Assembly (NCBI GenBank): GCA_963697335.1
Contig: CAVONQ010000010.1
Location: 32,001-96,000, forward strand
Origin: an uncultured cyanobacterium
Lineage (GTDB): Bacteria; Cyanobacteriota; Cyanobacteriia; PCC-6307; Cyanobiaceae
Length of the DNA: 64,000 nt
Direction of reading: 5' to 3'
Made by a program: the position numbers and the translations under genes. Position 1 is the stretch's first letter; each line of letters begins with the position of its first letter. Below are positions 29,658 to 40,164 of the stretch, piece by piece. Below the pieces are notes generated by a model. It was not told the origin of the DNA, made no database searches, and saw only the letters and a program-made list of their open reading frames with translations.

Positions 29658-32051
29658 TCAGCCGCGGGCCCCACCGGAGACGGTGATCAGGGATCCGGCC
29701 TGGGTGTTGCCGCTGGAGCCGGTCACCCGGCTCACCGGTTCGGGCACCGTGTCGTTGCGCTTGGGCTCGGCACCAGGCATGGCGCTCATGGGGCCGACGC
29801 GGGTGGGGTTGCGGCGGCGGGCGGAACGGCCCTCGGTGCCGGTCACATGTTTGCCCCGGTCCCAGTCGTCGCCAGTGATGTTGAGCCCAGCGGAGATGCC
29901 TTCACCGGTGACCCTGGAGGTGGGTCGCACATCCTGGTCCATGCTCACGGGAGCAGGGGCCGGCGAGACCTGGATGGGCCCGCGGGAGAGCTGGGTGCCC
30001 TTGCGATCGAAGCGGAACTGTTCGGTGCCGGTGACCTGGCCGGCGGCCAGGTCAAAAGGGCCGGTGATGCGCCCTCCCTGTTCGTAGGAGTTGCCGGTGA
30101 CTCCGCCGCCCTGCTGGCGCGCTGTCTGGGCGGCCCTGGCCGGCGACTGAACGCTGAACCGCTGCCAGGGGGCTGTTTCGAGGGGCTGGGGGTAGTCGGC
30201 GTCCTGGCTGCTGGCGGCACCACAGGCGGCAGCCAGCTGGTCGCCACCCACGTAGGGCGTGCCGGTGACGGGCTCACAGGCGCCTCGCCCGGCGCCGGTC
30301 ATCACACCGCCGATCCCGGGCTGGATCCCACTCATGCGGCTGGAGCCGCGCACGGGAGTGCGCTGACGGATCTCCCGCACGGCTGGAGTGGAGCAGTAGT
30401 CGGAGGCCTGCTCCAGGCCGGCGTAGGGGGTGCCGGTCACTGACTTGCAGGTGCCGGGCTCATCGCCGGTCACCTTGTCGCTGCGGCCGGTGCGGGTGCC
30501 GCTCACCACCTGGGCACGGTTGGTGACGCTGAAGCCCACCTTGGGGGCTTCAGGTTCAGGAACCGAGCCGCAGAAGGCGGCGTATTGCTGACTGCCGACA
30601 TATTCATCGCCGGTGACCAGGCGGCAGCTGCCGGGCTCGTCGCCGGTCACCCGCTGGCCACGACCCACGTGGGTGCCGGTGACACTGGTGCCCCGCAGCG
30701 TATGGAGCGAGTCCACCTTGGTGGGTGCCCGGCCGGGGGTCGGCGGTTCGGCGCCGAGGTACTGGTCGCCCGTGAGCTGCAGGCCTGAGCCTGGCTCATC
30801 GCCCGTGACCCGCTCGGAGCGTCCCACCATCACTCCGGAAACCGGTTGGCCGCCCAGGGTCTGGCTCCTGCCCACCTTGCGTGGACTGGATTGGGCTGTG
30901 CCGCAATAGGACGCCATCTGGTTGGCCGACACGTACTCGGTGCCGGTGACCAGCTTGCAGGTGCCGGGTTCGTCGCCGGTGACCTTTTCGGATCGGCCCA
31001 CCTCGTTGCCCGTCACCCGGTTGCCGTGGCTGGTGGCCGTGAGACGCACCTTGGCCGGCTGGCGGCTGGGAGCGTCGCTCTGGCAGAAGGTCTGGAACAC
31101 CTCCGCGCCCAGGTATTCGGTGCCGGTGATGGCGCGACAGGTGGCGGCCTCGTTGCCCGTGGTCTTGGGCGAGCGGTTGGCCTGGGTGCCGGTCACCACC
31201 TGGCCGGAGGTGGTTTCACTCATACCCACCTTCCAGTGGGCATCGGCCGTGGCGGCCTGCTGGGCGCCGTGGCGGTTGGGGCCGCAGGGGCGGGTGCCAC
31301 CACTGCGGCAGGAGCCGGCACTGCCCACCTTGGCCTTGAGTTCCCGTACCTTCTGGGCGAGCTCGCGGGTGCTGATGTCGGGATTGCCCTGGCGGGCCAG
31401 GGTGGCGGCGGTGCTGTTGGTGGGGGTGTTGGCGGATTTGCCGCGCTTGGAGAGGGCCTCCCGCCTGGCCAGCACCAGGGCCCGGCTGGGGTTGTGCTGG
31501 GCCTGGGCCCGCTTCATGGTGCGGCGCTCGGCGGCTCCGCCGCTGCCGGAGCCAATGCGCGAGCTCGACAGGCTGAGATTGGGGGAGGGGCGGCTGCCGG
31601 GGCTGGACGCCGTCGGGGCTGCTGGCGTGGCGTTGGCCGCTGGCTCGCTGCTGGTGGCAGAGCTGGTGCCGCGGGTCACGGTCAGGCCCAGATCCGTTCT
31701 GGTGCGATCGCGGGATGTGCTGGCCCGCTTGCCCTTCTGGGTGAGGGCCTCGCGGCGGGCCAGTGCCAGCTCCCGGCTGTGGTTCAGGACCCGTCTGGGG
31801 GGGGTGCTGCGCGGAGCGTCAGGGGCGCTCAGGGAAAAACTGGCACGGCTGGGGGCACATCTGGGATCAGCTGCAGGCTGACTGGCCTCGGCCACCGGAG
31901 CCGCAGTCTCGATCGATCGGGCCTGGCGCAGGTCCTCGACGGTGCGCACCCGGCTTGGGCTGGAGACGAATCTGCCAGCAGCCTTCTTGCCCCCTGTGGT
32001 GAGGGCCCGGCGGCGCTCGAGTGCTGTTTCCCGACTGGATGTGCTGGCCAT
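29658..32051 (-). CDS. csoS2: carboxysome scaffold protein CsoS2
   Basis: Four N-repeats, six M-repeats with [VIT][TS]G motifs, C-terminal ITVSGGARG. Confidence 0.96.
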   Translation of the reverse strand: MASTSSRETALERRRALTTGGKKAAGRFVSSPSRVRTVEDLRQARSIETAAPVAEASQPAADPRCAPSRASFSLSAPDAPRSTPPRRVLNHSRELALARREALTQKGKRASTSRDRTRTDLGLTVTRGTSSATSSEPAANATPAAPTASSPGSRPSPNLSLSSSRIGSGSGGAAERRTMKRAQAQHNPSRALVLARREALSKRGKSANTPTNSTAATLARQGNPDISTRELAQKVRELKAKVGSAGSCRSGGTRPCGPNRHGAQQAATADAHWKVGMSETTSGQVVTGTQANRSPKTTGNEAATCRAITGTEYLGAEVFQTFCQSDAPSRQPAKVRLTATSHGNRVTGNEVGRSEKVTGDEPGTCKLVTGTEYVSANQMASYCGTAQSSPRKVGRSQTLGGQPVSGVMVGRSERVTGDEPGSGLQLTGDQYLGAEPPTPGRAPTKVDSLHTLRGTSVTGTHVGRGQRVTGDEPGSCRLVTGDEYVGSQQYAAFCGSVPEPEAPKVGFSVTNRAQVVSGTRTGRSDKVTGDEPGTCKSVTGTPYAGLEQASDYCSTPAVREIRQRTPVRGSSRMSGIQPGIGGVMTGAGRGACEPVTGTPYVGGDQLAAACGAASSQDADYPQPLETAPWQRFSVQSPARAAQTARQQGGGVTGNSYEQGGRITGPFDLAAGQVTGTEQFRFDRKGTQLSRGPIQVSPAPAPVSMDQDVRPTSRVTGEGISAGLNITGDDWDRGKHVTGTEGRSARRRNPTRVGPMSAMPGAEPKRNDTVPEPVSRVTGSSGNTQAGSLITVSGGARG
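30247..31232 (-). repeat. CsoS2 middle-region repeats (six, ~40-60 aa; third is short)
   Basis: KV...V[TS]G..VGRS.KVTGDEPG.C..VTG..Y repeated in translation; boundaries approximate. Confidence 0.85.
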
Positions 32052-32186
32052 GTCCGCCCGACGTGTTGAGATCGCTGTGAAGAGGCCTTAGGGCCTGAAG
32101 CTTCAGCCGCCGGCGCCGCCGGCGGAGAGAGGGGACGGTTGCAGCTCACACTGCAACCATCAGTGGTCTGTCAAAAGCAGCTGCAA

Positions 32187-32528
32187 TCAGCGGCCTTCGA
32201 ACACCACGAAGCAGGCACCCTGGCTCTGGATGTAGGCGTCGTAGCCGACCAGACGCACGTGGTGGTCGGGGTAGGCGCGGTGGCAGGCCTCGAGCTCGCT
32301 CACGATCACGCCCAGATCCTTCTCGCCGAAGAAGGGCAGCTTCCAGAACGACCAATAGGTGACCATGGAGCGGCTGGGATGAACGTGCTCGATCAGGGGA
32401 CTCCAACCCTGGGCGATGATGTAGGCGATCTGGTCGTAGATCTCGTCCTGGGTCATCGGCGGGAGGAAGCCGAAGGTCTCCAGGGTGGCGACTGTTTGGT
32501 AGTCACCCACGGTGCTCTTGAAGGGCAT
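32187..32528 (-). CDS. cbbS: Rubisco small subunit, form IA
   Basis: LETFGFLPPMTQDEIYDQIAY, YWSFWKLPFFG. Confidence 0.98.
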   Translation of the reverse strand: MPFKSTVGDYQTVATLETFGFLPPMTQDEIYDQIAYIIAQGWSPLIEHVHPSRSMVTYWSFWKLPFFGEKDLGVIVSELEACHRAYPDHHVRLVGYDAYIQSQGACFVVFEGR

Positions 32529-32622
32529 GGGGATCCTGTGGTGGATGGAATGAATGGATGCGGTTCTGGATCACCGCGGGAGAGAAGGGATGAAACCTCC
32601 CGCTCCCGCCGTCATGGGGTGA

Positions 32623-34035
32623 TCAGTTGACGTCGAGCTTGTCGACGGTGTCGAACTCGAACTTGATCTCCTTCCAGGTTTCGAGAGCGATGGCCAGCTC
32701 GGGGCTGTGCTTGGCGGCCTCCATGAGGATGTCGCGGCTTTCCTTCTCGATTTCCCGACCGGCGTTGCGCGCCTTGACGCAGGCTTCCAGGGCCACCCGG
32801 TTGGCGGCGGCGCCGGCGGCCGAACCCCAGGGGTGGCCGTGGGTGCCACCACCGAACTGGAGCACGGAGTCGTCACCGAAGATGGCTACCAGGGCTGGCA
32901 TGTGCCAAACGTGGATACCGCCTGAGGCCACGGCGAACACGCCGGGCATGGAGGCCCAGTCCTGGTCGAAGAAGTTGCCGCGGCTGCGGTCTTCGGGCAC
33001 GAACGACTCGCGCAGCTGGTCGATGAAGCCGAGGGTGGTCTGGCGATCGCCCTCGAGCTTGCCCACCACGGTGCCGGTGTGGAGCTGGTCACCACCGGAG
33101 AGGCGCAGGCACTTGGCCAGCACCCGGAAGTGGATGCCGTGCTTGGGGTGCCGGTCGATCACCGCGTGCATGGCGCGGTGGATGTGGAGCAGCATGCCGT
33201 TCTTGCGGCACCAGTGCGCCAGACCGGTGTTGGCCGTGAAGCCACCGGTGATGTAGTCGTGCATGATGATCGGCTGCCCGAGTTCCTTGGCAAACTCGGC
33301 CCGCTCATACATCTGCTCAGGAGTGGCGGCGGTGCAGTTGAGGTAGTGCCCCTTCTTTTCGCCGGTTTCCTCCTGGGCGAGTTGCACGGCCTCGGCCACG
33401 AACTCGAAGCGGTTCTGCCAGCGCTGGAAGGGCTGGGAGTTGATGTTCTCGTCGTCCTTGGTGAAGTCGAGACCGCCGCGCAGGCACTCGTAGACAACGC
33501 GGCCGTAGTTCTTGCCGCTCAGGCCGAGCTTCGGCTTGATCGTGCAGCCCAACAGGGGACGGCCGTACTTGTTCATCCGGTCGCGCTCGACCTGGATGCC
33601 GTTCGGCGGGCCCATGCAGGTCTTGATGAAGGCCAGGGGGAAGCGGATGTCCTCCAGGCGCAGGTGGCGCAGGGCCTTGAAGCCGAACACGTTGCCGACC
33701 AGGGAGGTCAGCACGTTGGTGACGGACCCTTCCTCGAACAGGTCGAGGGGGTAGGCGATGAAGGCGTAGAACGCCTCCTTGTCGCCGGGCACGTCTTCGA
33801 TGCGGTAGCAACGGCCTTTGTAGAAGTCGAGGTCGGTGAGGAGCTCGGACCACACAGCTGACCAGGTGCCGGTGGAGGATTCAGCGGCCACGGCGGCGGC
33901 CACCTCTTCCTTGGGTACACCCTCCTGGCCCGTGCACTTGAAGCAGGCCAGCAGGTCGGTGTCGAGGGGGACGTAATCAGGAGTCCAATACGTGTCGCGG
34001 TACTCCTTGACGCCTGACTCGTACTTCTTGCTCAT
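32623..34035 (-). CDS. cbbL: Rubisco large subunit, form IA (carboxysomal)
   Basis: [37 protein letters not shown]. Confidence 0.99.
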   Translation of the reverse strand: MSKKYESGVKEYRDTYWTPDYVPLDTDLLACFKCTGQEGVPKEEVAAAVAAESSTGTWSAVWSELLTDLDFYKGRCYRIEDVPGDKEAFYAFIAYPLDLFEEGSVTNVLTSLVGNVFGFKALRHLRLEDIRFPLAFIKTCMGPPNGIQVERDRMNKYGRPLLGCTIKPKLGLSGKNYGRVVYECLRGGLDFTKDDENINSQPFQRWQNRFEFVAEAVQLAQEETGEKKGHYLNCTAATPEQMYERAEFAKELGQPIIMHDYITGGFTANTGLAHWCRKNGMLLHIHRAMHAVIDRHPKHGIHFRVLAKCLRLSGGDQLHTGTVVGKLEGDRQTTLGFIDQLRESFVPEDRSRGNFFDQDWASMPGVFAVASGGIHVWHMPALVAIFGDDSVLQFGGGTHGHPWGSAAGAAANRVALEACVKARNAGREIEKESRDILMEAAKHSPELAIALETWKEIKFEFDTVDKLDVN

Positions 34036-34097
34036 GGAGATTCTCCGGTTGGGTCGGTTAAGGGAATGACGAAAGAACGCCTCAGGCGTTCAGGGCC

Positions 34098-34412
34098 TCA
34101 GTCCTTGGAACCCACGAAACCGGCGCTGCCGCTCAGGGCAGGCTCCACTTCGCGGTGGGGGCGGGCGATGATGTGGGCCGCCACCAGGCCGTCGCCCACG
34201 CGTTCACAGGCGTCAGCCCCGGCGCGCACGGCTGCATTGACAGCGCCGGTCTCGCCGCGCACCATCACGGTCACGTAGCCTCCGCCGACGAATTCGCGGG
34301 CGATCAGACGCACTTCGGCGGCCTTGGTCATGGCGTCAGCCGCTTCGATGGCGGGCACCAGACCGCGGGTTTCGATCATGCCGAGGGCGATGCCCATGGT
34401 TTCGTTAGCCAT
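34098..34412 (-). CDS. csoS1: major carboxysome shell hexamer CsoS1
   Basis: MANETMGIALGMIETRGLVPAIEAADAMTKAA; AGGAG RBS upstream of ATG 34412. Confidence 0.97.
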   Translation of the reverse strand: MANETMGIALGMIETRGLVPAIEAADAMTKAAEVRLIAREFVGGGYVTVMVRGETGAVNAAVRAGADACERVGDGLVAAHIIARPHREVEPALSGSAGFVGSKD

Positions 34413-34451
34413 TACCTGCTCCTGAAGGAGGGGGTGGAATGTTCGCTCGCA

Positions 34452-34481
34452 ACCATGGTCCGCCGCCAAACCCCCCGTCAA
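34452..34481 (-). promoter_or_regulatory. candidate cso operon promoter (TTGACG-N18-CATGGT)
   Basis: Minus-strand TTGACG at 34481-34476 and weak -10 CATGGT at 34457-34452, ~40 nt upstream of csoS1. Confidence 0.45.
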
Positions 34482-34524
34482 GCAAAAGGGCCTGGTTGGG
34501 TGATCACTCTTTGCGTCATCACTC

Positions 34525-34539
34525 ATAAGCGACCCTGAT
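34525..34539. promoter_or_regulatory. candidate LysR (RbcR/CbbR-type) box ATAAG-N5-CTGAT
   Basis: Fits T-N11-A and TNA-N7-TNA with partial dyad symmetry; lies upstream of the candidate -35. Confidence 0.45.
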
Positions 34540-34878
34540 TGATCGCATACATTTCGTTAGCTTCTGCTTGCCACCCCTGTGACGGCCTGCTGTTTCGGGC
34601 TTCCGTCCCACCCTGTTCCAGCTCCTCAAGCGAGTCTGGGGCCCGACCTGGCCACTCCTGGGCCACCACCAAAACCCAGAACATTCAGTACTTATGCCTA
34701 GCGTGATCAGGGACCGGAATCCTTCTGGGTTTACCAGGGGTGGAATGTTCAAGCCATCCGGTCCCACCCCCTTCCCCTCCGCCTGGTGCCATCGCTTCAC
34801 GACCGTCCCAACCGCCGCTATTCAGGCCGTCTGGCTCCAGGCCTCCTGCCACACTGGCCTCCCTGGAGTGAACGCTTC

Positions 34879-35457
34879 TTGCCCTCCCTGGTCATTGCCA
34901 GTGGCAACCCGCACAAGCTGGCGGAGATCACTGCCATGCTTGAACCCCTGGACGTTCAGGTGTCACCCCAGCCACGCGATCTGGAGGTGGAGGAAACAGG
35001 CCACACCTATGCCGAGAACGCCCGCTTGAAGGCCGAGGCTGCGGCGCTCCGCACGGGCTCCTGGGCCCTGGCTGACGACTCTGGCATCGAGGTGGCTGCC
35101 CTGGCCGGCGCTCCTGGTCTCTATTCCGCCCGCTACGGCCCCAGCGACCACGAGCGGGTGGCGCGCCTGCTGAGGGAGCTCGGCGACACCCCCTACCGGG
35201 CGGCGTGCTTCCGCACGGCCATGGCCCTGGCCAACCCCGCCGGTGAGACCGTGCTGGAGGCCGAGGGCGTCTGCCATGGCCAGGTGCTGACCGCTGCCGA
35301 GGGTGAGGGGCCGGGCTACGGGCCGATCTTCTACGTGCGGGAGGCCGGCAGCAGCTATGCCCAGATGGGGGAGCACCTGCGCCGGCGCCTGGGCAGCCGC
35401 GGCAAGGCGGCACGCCAGCTGGCCCCGGGGCTGATCGCCCTGATGGGTCTGGCCTGA
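34879..35457 (+). CDS. Ham1/RdgB-family non-canonical purine NTP pyrophosphatase
   Basis: IASGNPHK, EETGHTYAENARLKA, LADDSG, APGLYSARY; TTG start inferred. Confidence 0.9.
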   Translation: MPSLVIASGNPHKLAEITAMLEPLDVQVSPQPRDLEVEETGHTYAENARLKAEAAALRTGSWALADDSGIEVAALAGAPGLYSARYGPSDHERVARLLRELGDTPYRAACFRTAMALANPAGETVLEAEGVCHGQVLTAAEGEGPGYGPIFYVREAGSSYAQMGEHLRRRLGSRGKAARQLAPGLIALMGLA

Positions 35458-35468
35458 GGGGGGGAGAT

Positions 35469-36308
35469 TCAGCCCCGGGGGCGGGCCAAACCTTGGGCGG
35501 TGGTGTTGATGTGGTGGATGGCACGCATGGCGGCCGCCGCCGCCTCCTCCACGTCTCCCTCGCGGCCGGCCAGGGTCAGGCGCCCGAAGGCACCCACCGC
35601 CTTCACATCCACCACCGTGATGTTGGAGGCCTTCTCGGCCTCATTGGCAGCGATCAGCACATAGCCGGCCGGCTCCGTTTCCAGGATGAACATGCTCATG
35701 CCGGCCTGGATCATCGAGCCCCGCCGGTTCTGGCGGTTGATCAGAACGGCATGGTCTGGGGTGATGGCGCGGATGATCTCCGTCCAGCTCACCTCGCAGC
35801 GGCTGCGCTGCTCCACGGTGTTGCCGATCGCCTCCAGCACCACATCGCCGGAGTGGAGCACATTGCTCTGGTCGCGGTGGTAGAGCGCCAGGGAGCCGAA
35901 GGCCCGCTCCACGATCATCTGGCCGAGCCGCACGGTGCTGGCCTTCAGGGCGATGTCGGTGACGCGGTGCACGGCCATGCCCGGTGACACCTCCAGCCAG
36001 AGGCAGGCGTCGCCTGGGATCGGCAGGAAGCCCTGGCTCACGGTGCCCATATAGGCCGCCAGTTGGGGCTGTAGGGAGTCGAGGAAGACGTAGGTGCGCA
36101 GCTCGATCGACTGCACCTGGCTGTCCAGCCGGGCCAGCCGCGAGCCCTCACTGTCCGTGGTGATCACGCAGCTGGCGCCGTCGGACTCCGGGCGCACCAC
36201 GGTGCCGGTGATCAGGGGGCCGGCGCCCTCACTCCTGGCCGGGGCCTGGCGCAGGGAGCGGCGCTGCCTGGAGGCCCGATCATCTGGAGTGCGCGGGCTC
36301 GGGGGCAT
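35469..36308 (-). CDS. csoS1D: tandem-BMC shell protein CsoS1D
   Basis: [36 protein letters not shown]; start uncertain. Confidence 0.93.
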   Translation of the reverse strand: MPPSPRTPDDRASRQRRSLRQAPARSEGAGPLITGTVVRPESDGASCVITTDSEGSRLARLDSQVQSIELRTYVFLDSLQPQLAAYMGTVSQGFLPIPGDACLWLEVSPGMAVHRVTDIALKASTVRLGQMIVERAFGSLALYHRDQSNVLHSGDVVLEAIGNTVEQRSRCEVSWTEIIRAITPDHAVLINRQNRRGSMIQAGMSMFILETEPAGYVLIAANEAEKASNITVVDVKAVGAFGRLTLAGREGDVEEAAAAAMRAIHHINTTAQGLARPRG

Positions 36309-36530
36309 GGGGCGGCGGAGAACCTCGGTCGGCGGGGCAGCAGGCGAGTGCGTCAACCGCTCTCAGTCCGCCAGACGGCCTGGGAGCAGGGGTGACCATG
36401 GCCCAGGGAACCGTTCGGCTCGAGCGCTCTCCCGAGAAGTCCTGGTGTTGAGGGACTTTACCTGCCGCTGAGGCACCCCTTGCCCCCCGCCGGGAAGCCG
36501 ATACCGTCCCCACAAGCTGAACCATCCCCC

Positions 36531-36995
36531 ATGGCCCCCAAGCGCAGCGCCGCCAGTTCCGCCACCTCCAGGGCAGCCCAGGCCGATCCGATGCCCGACG
36601 CCACCGCTGGCAGCACCATGCCCGACTGGATCGCCGCCGCCTCGGCCCAGGGGGTCAAGCCGGAGCAGGCCCTCGCACTGATCGGCCTCGGGTTGATGCA
36701 GAAGATGGCCGCCGCCGGTGAGGAGATCGGCTGGGCCTGGAATGAGCCCGAGGATGGCGGCACCGCGGACCTGATCAGCCTGCGCCAGCGTCTGGAGATG
36801 GTGAACCTGGCCCTGCAGACCGGGGCTCCGCTCAGCACGGCCGAGGTGAGCGCCCTGCTGGGCGCCCGCCCCGGCTCAGCCGTGGTGGAACGTGGTGGTC
36901 TGCGGGCCCGCCGGTTGAGCCGCAACGTCTGGAAGTTGAGCCGGCTGGAGTCGACCTCCGCCAGCTTCAACGACGGTTTCCGCCGGCGCCTCTGA
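36531..36995 (+). CDS. conserved hypothetical protein with possible winged-HTH C-terminus
   Basis: LRQRLE...LALQTGAPLSTAEVSALLGARPG...RNVWKL; sits next to csoS1D. Confidence 0.8.
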   Translation: MAPKRSAASSATSRAAQADPMPDATAGSTMPDWIAAASAQGVKPEQALALIGLGLMQKMAAAGEEIGWAWNEPEDGGTADLISLRQRLEMVNLALQTGAPLSTAEVSALLGARPGSAVVERGGLRARRLSRNVWKLSRLESTSASFNDGFRRRL

Positions 36996-37003
36996 AGGCG
37001 CCC

Positions 37004-38068
<1,065 letters not shown>

Positions 38069-38080
38069 CTAAGGAGCGGC

Positions 38081-38569
38081 TCAGGGTTTGCTCGGCCCGG
38101 ATCCGGCCTGCTCAACAGAAGGAAATGGGGCCTGCTTCCACACCACCCGCAGGCGATCCGGGGCGATCCACTGGCTCTGTTCGCGCAGCAGGCGCTGCTC
38201 CCCTTCGGTGGTGAACAGCTGGTCAAAACGCTCGCGCGCCTTGGTCAGCTTGGCCTGCTCGATCTGCAGGACGGCCGAAAGCTCCCCCTGGCGCTCCATG
38301 CGGTCCTGGTAGGCCATCGCCAGCCGCACCAGACTCACCCCGGCCACGATCGCCAGGGCCGCCTTGATGGTGAGCCCCACGACACTGCAGACCAGTTCCC
38401 GCCGCTCCAGCGACAGAGTGCTGGCCGCCGACAGGGCCAGGGCCGAACCGGCCGGCGCCTGCGGGGGAGAGACAGACTGCAGCGGGCGGGCAAAAGACTG
38501 CTGTGGACGAGCAGTGCTGACGGACCCGCACAGTCGTGAAGCTGAAGCGGGCTGCAGCGGGGGTGCCAA
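38081..38569 (-). CDS. hypothetical membrane protein (TM plus coiled coil)
   Basis: TM segment, coiled coil, QSQWIAPDRLRVVW; between psaM and por; start uncertain. Confidence 0.75.
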   Translation of the reverse strand: MAPPLQPASASRLCGSVSTARPQQSFARPLQSVSPPQAPAGSALALSAASTLSLERRELVCSVVGLTIKAALAIVAGVSLVRLAMAYQDRMERQGELSAVLQIEQAKLTKARERFDQLFTTEGEQRLLREQSQWIAPDRLRVVWKQAPFPSVEQAGSGPSKP

Positions 38570-38633
38570 CGCAGGAAGTTCAGGGGATGCTGATGTCTTC
38601 TAGCGGGCCCAGGCCCCCTTGCCAAGAGCCGCT

Positions 38634-38738
38634 TCAGGCCTTGTAGAGGCTGAAGCAGAGCCGCACAGCCAGAACTCCGGCGTGGGCAGCCACCACCAGG
38701 GCAATCAGAATCTCGGCCTGACTCAGTGCGGAGACCAT
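38634..38738 (-). CDS. psaM: photosystem I subunit XII (not in ORF track)
   Basis: Manual translation MVSALSQAEILIALVVAAHAGVLAVRLCFSLYKA* (34 aa). Confidence 0.93.
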   Translation of the reverse strand: MVSALSQAEILIALVVAAHAGVLAVRLCFSLYKA

Positions 38739-38826
38739 GGCAGTAGGGGCAAATCGATGACCCCACCATTGTTTGGCCTGACCCCGCTACGGTCCAGCCG
38801 CGGCCGCCTTGCTGTCACAGCTCTTG

Positions 38827-39366
38827 ATGCCCCCCTCCCCCCCGGTTGTCCCTTCCCAGCCAGGCCCTGCCCTGGTGGATGCCGAGGCCATCCGGGCCCT
38901 GGACCTGAGCCCCCTGAGCGCCTGGATCGCCCTGCCGCCGGATCAGCTGGTGCGGCTGGGCGGAACCCTCAGCCTCAGCCTCGAGTGGCCCCGCCAGGCT
39001 GACGACCCTCGGGAACTCTCCGAAATCCCGGAGGTGCGGCTCTGGTGCTTGCGGGCCGATGCGGCTCTGCCCTGGCTGCCCCTGTTGATCGAGCGCAGCA
39101 GCGGCCAGCTCACCCGCCATGTGGCCATGCTGCTGCCCCACGGCTTCAGCCGGACGGAGGGCCTGCGCTTTGCCCCCGAGGCGCTGGAGCTCTGGCTGCC
39201 CCACCGGCTGTTTCTGCTCGACACCTGGGCCCGGGGCCACGGCCTCAACTGCCGCCATGGCCTCGGTCAGATGGCGGCGGTGCTCGGCCTGGAGGTGGAC
39301 CCGGCCTTCTGGGAGCCGCTGCCCCTGGCTCCGGCCGGCGCCAAGGGACCCGCTGGCGGCCCGTAG
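38827..39366 (+). CDS. crr6: CRR6 family NDH-1 maturation factor (DUF1817)
   Basis: LDLSP, DPRELSEIPEVRLW..RADA..PWLP, AMLLPH.F, PEALELW. Confidence 0.88.
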   Translation: MPPSPPVVPSQPGPALVDAEAIRALDLSPLSAWIALPPDQLVRLGGTLSLSLEWPRQADDPRELSEIPEVRLWCLRADAALPWLPLLIERSSGQLTRHVAMLLPHGFSRTEGLRFAPEALELWLPHRLFLLDTWARGHGLNCRHGLGQMAAVLGLEVDPAFWEPLPLAPAGAKGPAGGP

Positions 39367-39387
39367 CCCCCCCTCAGCTCTGCGGCC

Positions 39388-40155
39388 CTATCCACCGAGG
39401 GCCAGGGCCCTGCGGGTGCTGTCGGCGGCCAGCAGCAGCGTCAGCCCCCGCAACAGCACCACGAGAAGTCGTTCGGGTAAGCGCTCCATCCGGGCCGCCG
39501 ACCACTGCGCCGCCAGCGCCGCAGGTCCCCCCAGGGCCAGGCCGATCGTCCAGAGACCGCGGCCATCGGCCACGAAGGTGGCGCTCGCTGTGGCCGCTGA
39601 GGCCAGCACCGCCAGGGTGCTGTAGCGGATGGCGAGATGCAGCGGCACCCCCAGCCCCTGGCCGAGCAGGGGCACCATCAACAGCCCCCCGCCCACGCCG
39701 AGCAGGCCGCTGGCCAGGCCGGCCACCGCCCCTACGGCCCCCAAGGCCCCCAGGGGTGTCTGCCCCGGCTGCGCCGCTGCGGACTGGGCCGTGCGGGGCC
39801 GGATCAGCAGGGCCAGCCCCAGGTAGAGGGCGGCCTGGAGAGCCAGCAACAGCGAGCTTTGCAGCCCCATACCCAGGCGGCTGCAGAGGGCGGCACCGAG
39901 GCTGGCGCCCAGAGCGATGGCCATGCCGCTGCGCAGGGGCAGGGCGCGGCTGCGCAAGTGCGTCCAGGTGCCGCCGAGGGTGGTGGGCACGATCGCCAGG
40001 GTGCTGGTGGCCAGGGCCTGGTGGGGCTCCAGGCCGAGCAACAGCAACAGCGGTGAGAACACCAGACCGCCGCCCACGCCCAGCAGGCCCGACAGCACCC
40101 CGGCGAGCAGGCCCAGGGGCAGGAAGACCAGCAGCTCGGTCGGTTGGGGGATCAA
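39388..40155 (-). CDS. TauE/SafE family membrane transporter
   Basis: Two GLLGVGGG repeats, ALATS, hydrophobic; TTG start at 40155 inferred. Confidence 0.88.
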   Translation of the reverse strand: MIPQPTELLVFLPLGLLAGVLSGLLGVGGGLVFSPLLLLLGLEPHQALATSTLAIVPTTLGGTWTHLRSRALPLRSGMAIALGASLGAALCSRLGMGLQSSLLLALQAALYLGLALLIRPRTAQSAAAQPGQTPLGALGAVGAVAGLASGLLGVGGGLLMVPLLGQGLGVPLHLAIRYSTLAVLASAATASATFVADGRGLWTIGLALGGPAALAAQWSAARMERLPERLLVVLLRGLTLLLAADSTRRALALGG

Positions 40156-40164
40156 TCTGGAGGG

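Noticed and set aside
30247..31232. CRISPR-like or mobile repeat array
   Set aside because: The repeats are degenerate at DNA level and explained by CsoS2 protein repeats; no cas genes.
29658..32051. Programmed -1 frameshift giving a short CsoS2A as in Halothiobacillus
   Set aside because: I found no C-CCA-AAG slippery heptamer; the Pro-Lys site near 30540 reads CCC-AAG, so a single isoform is more likely.
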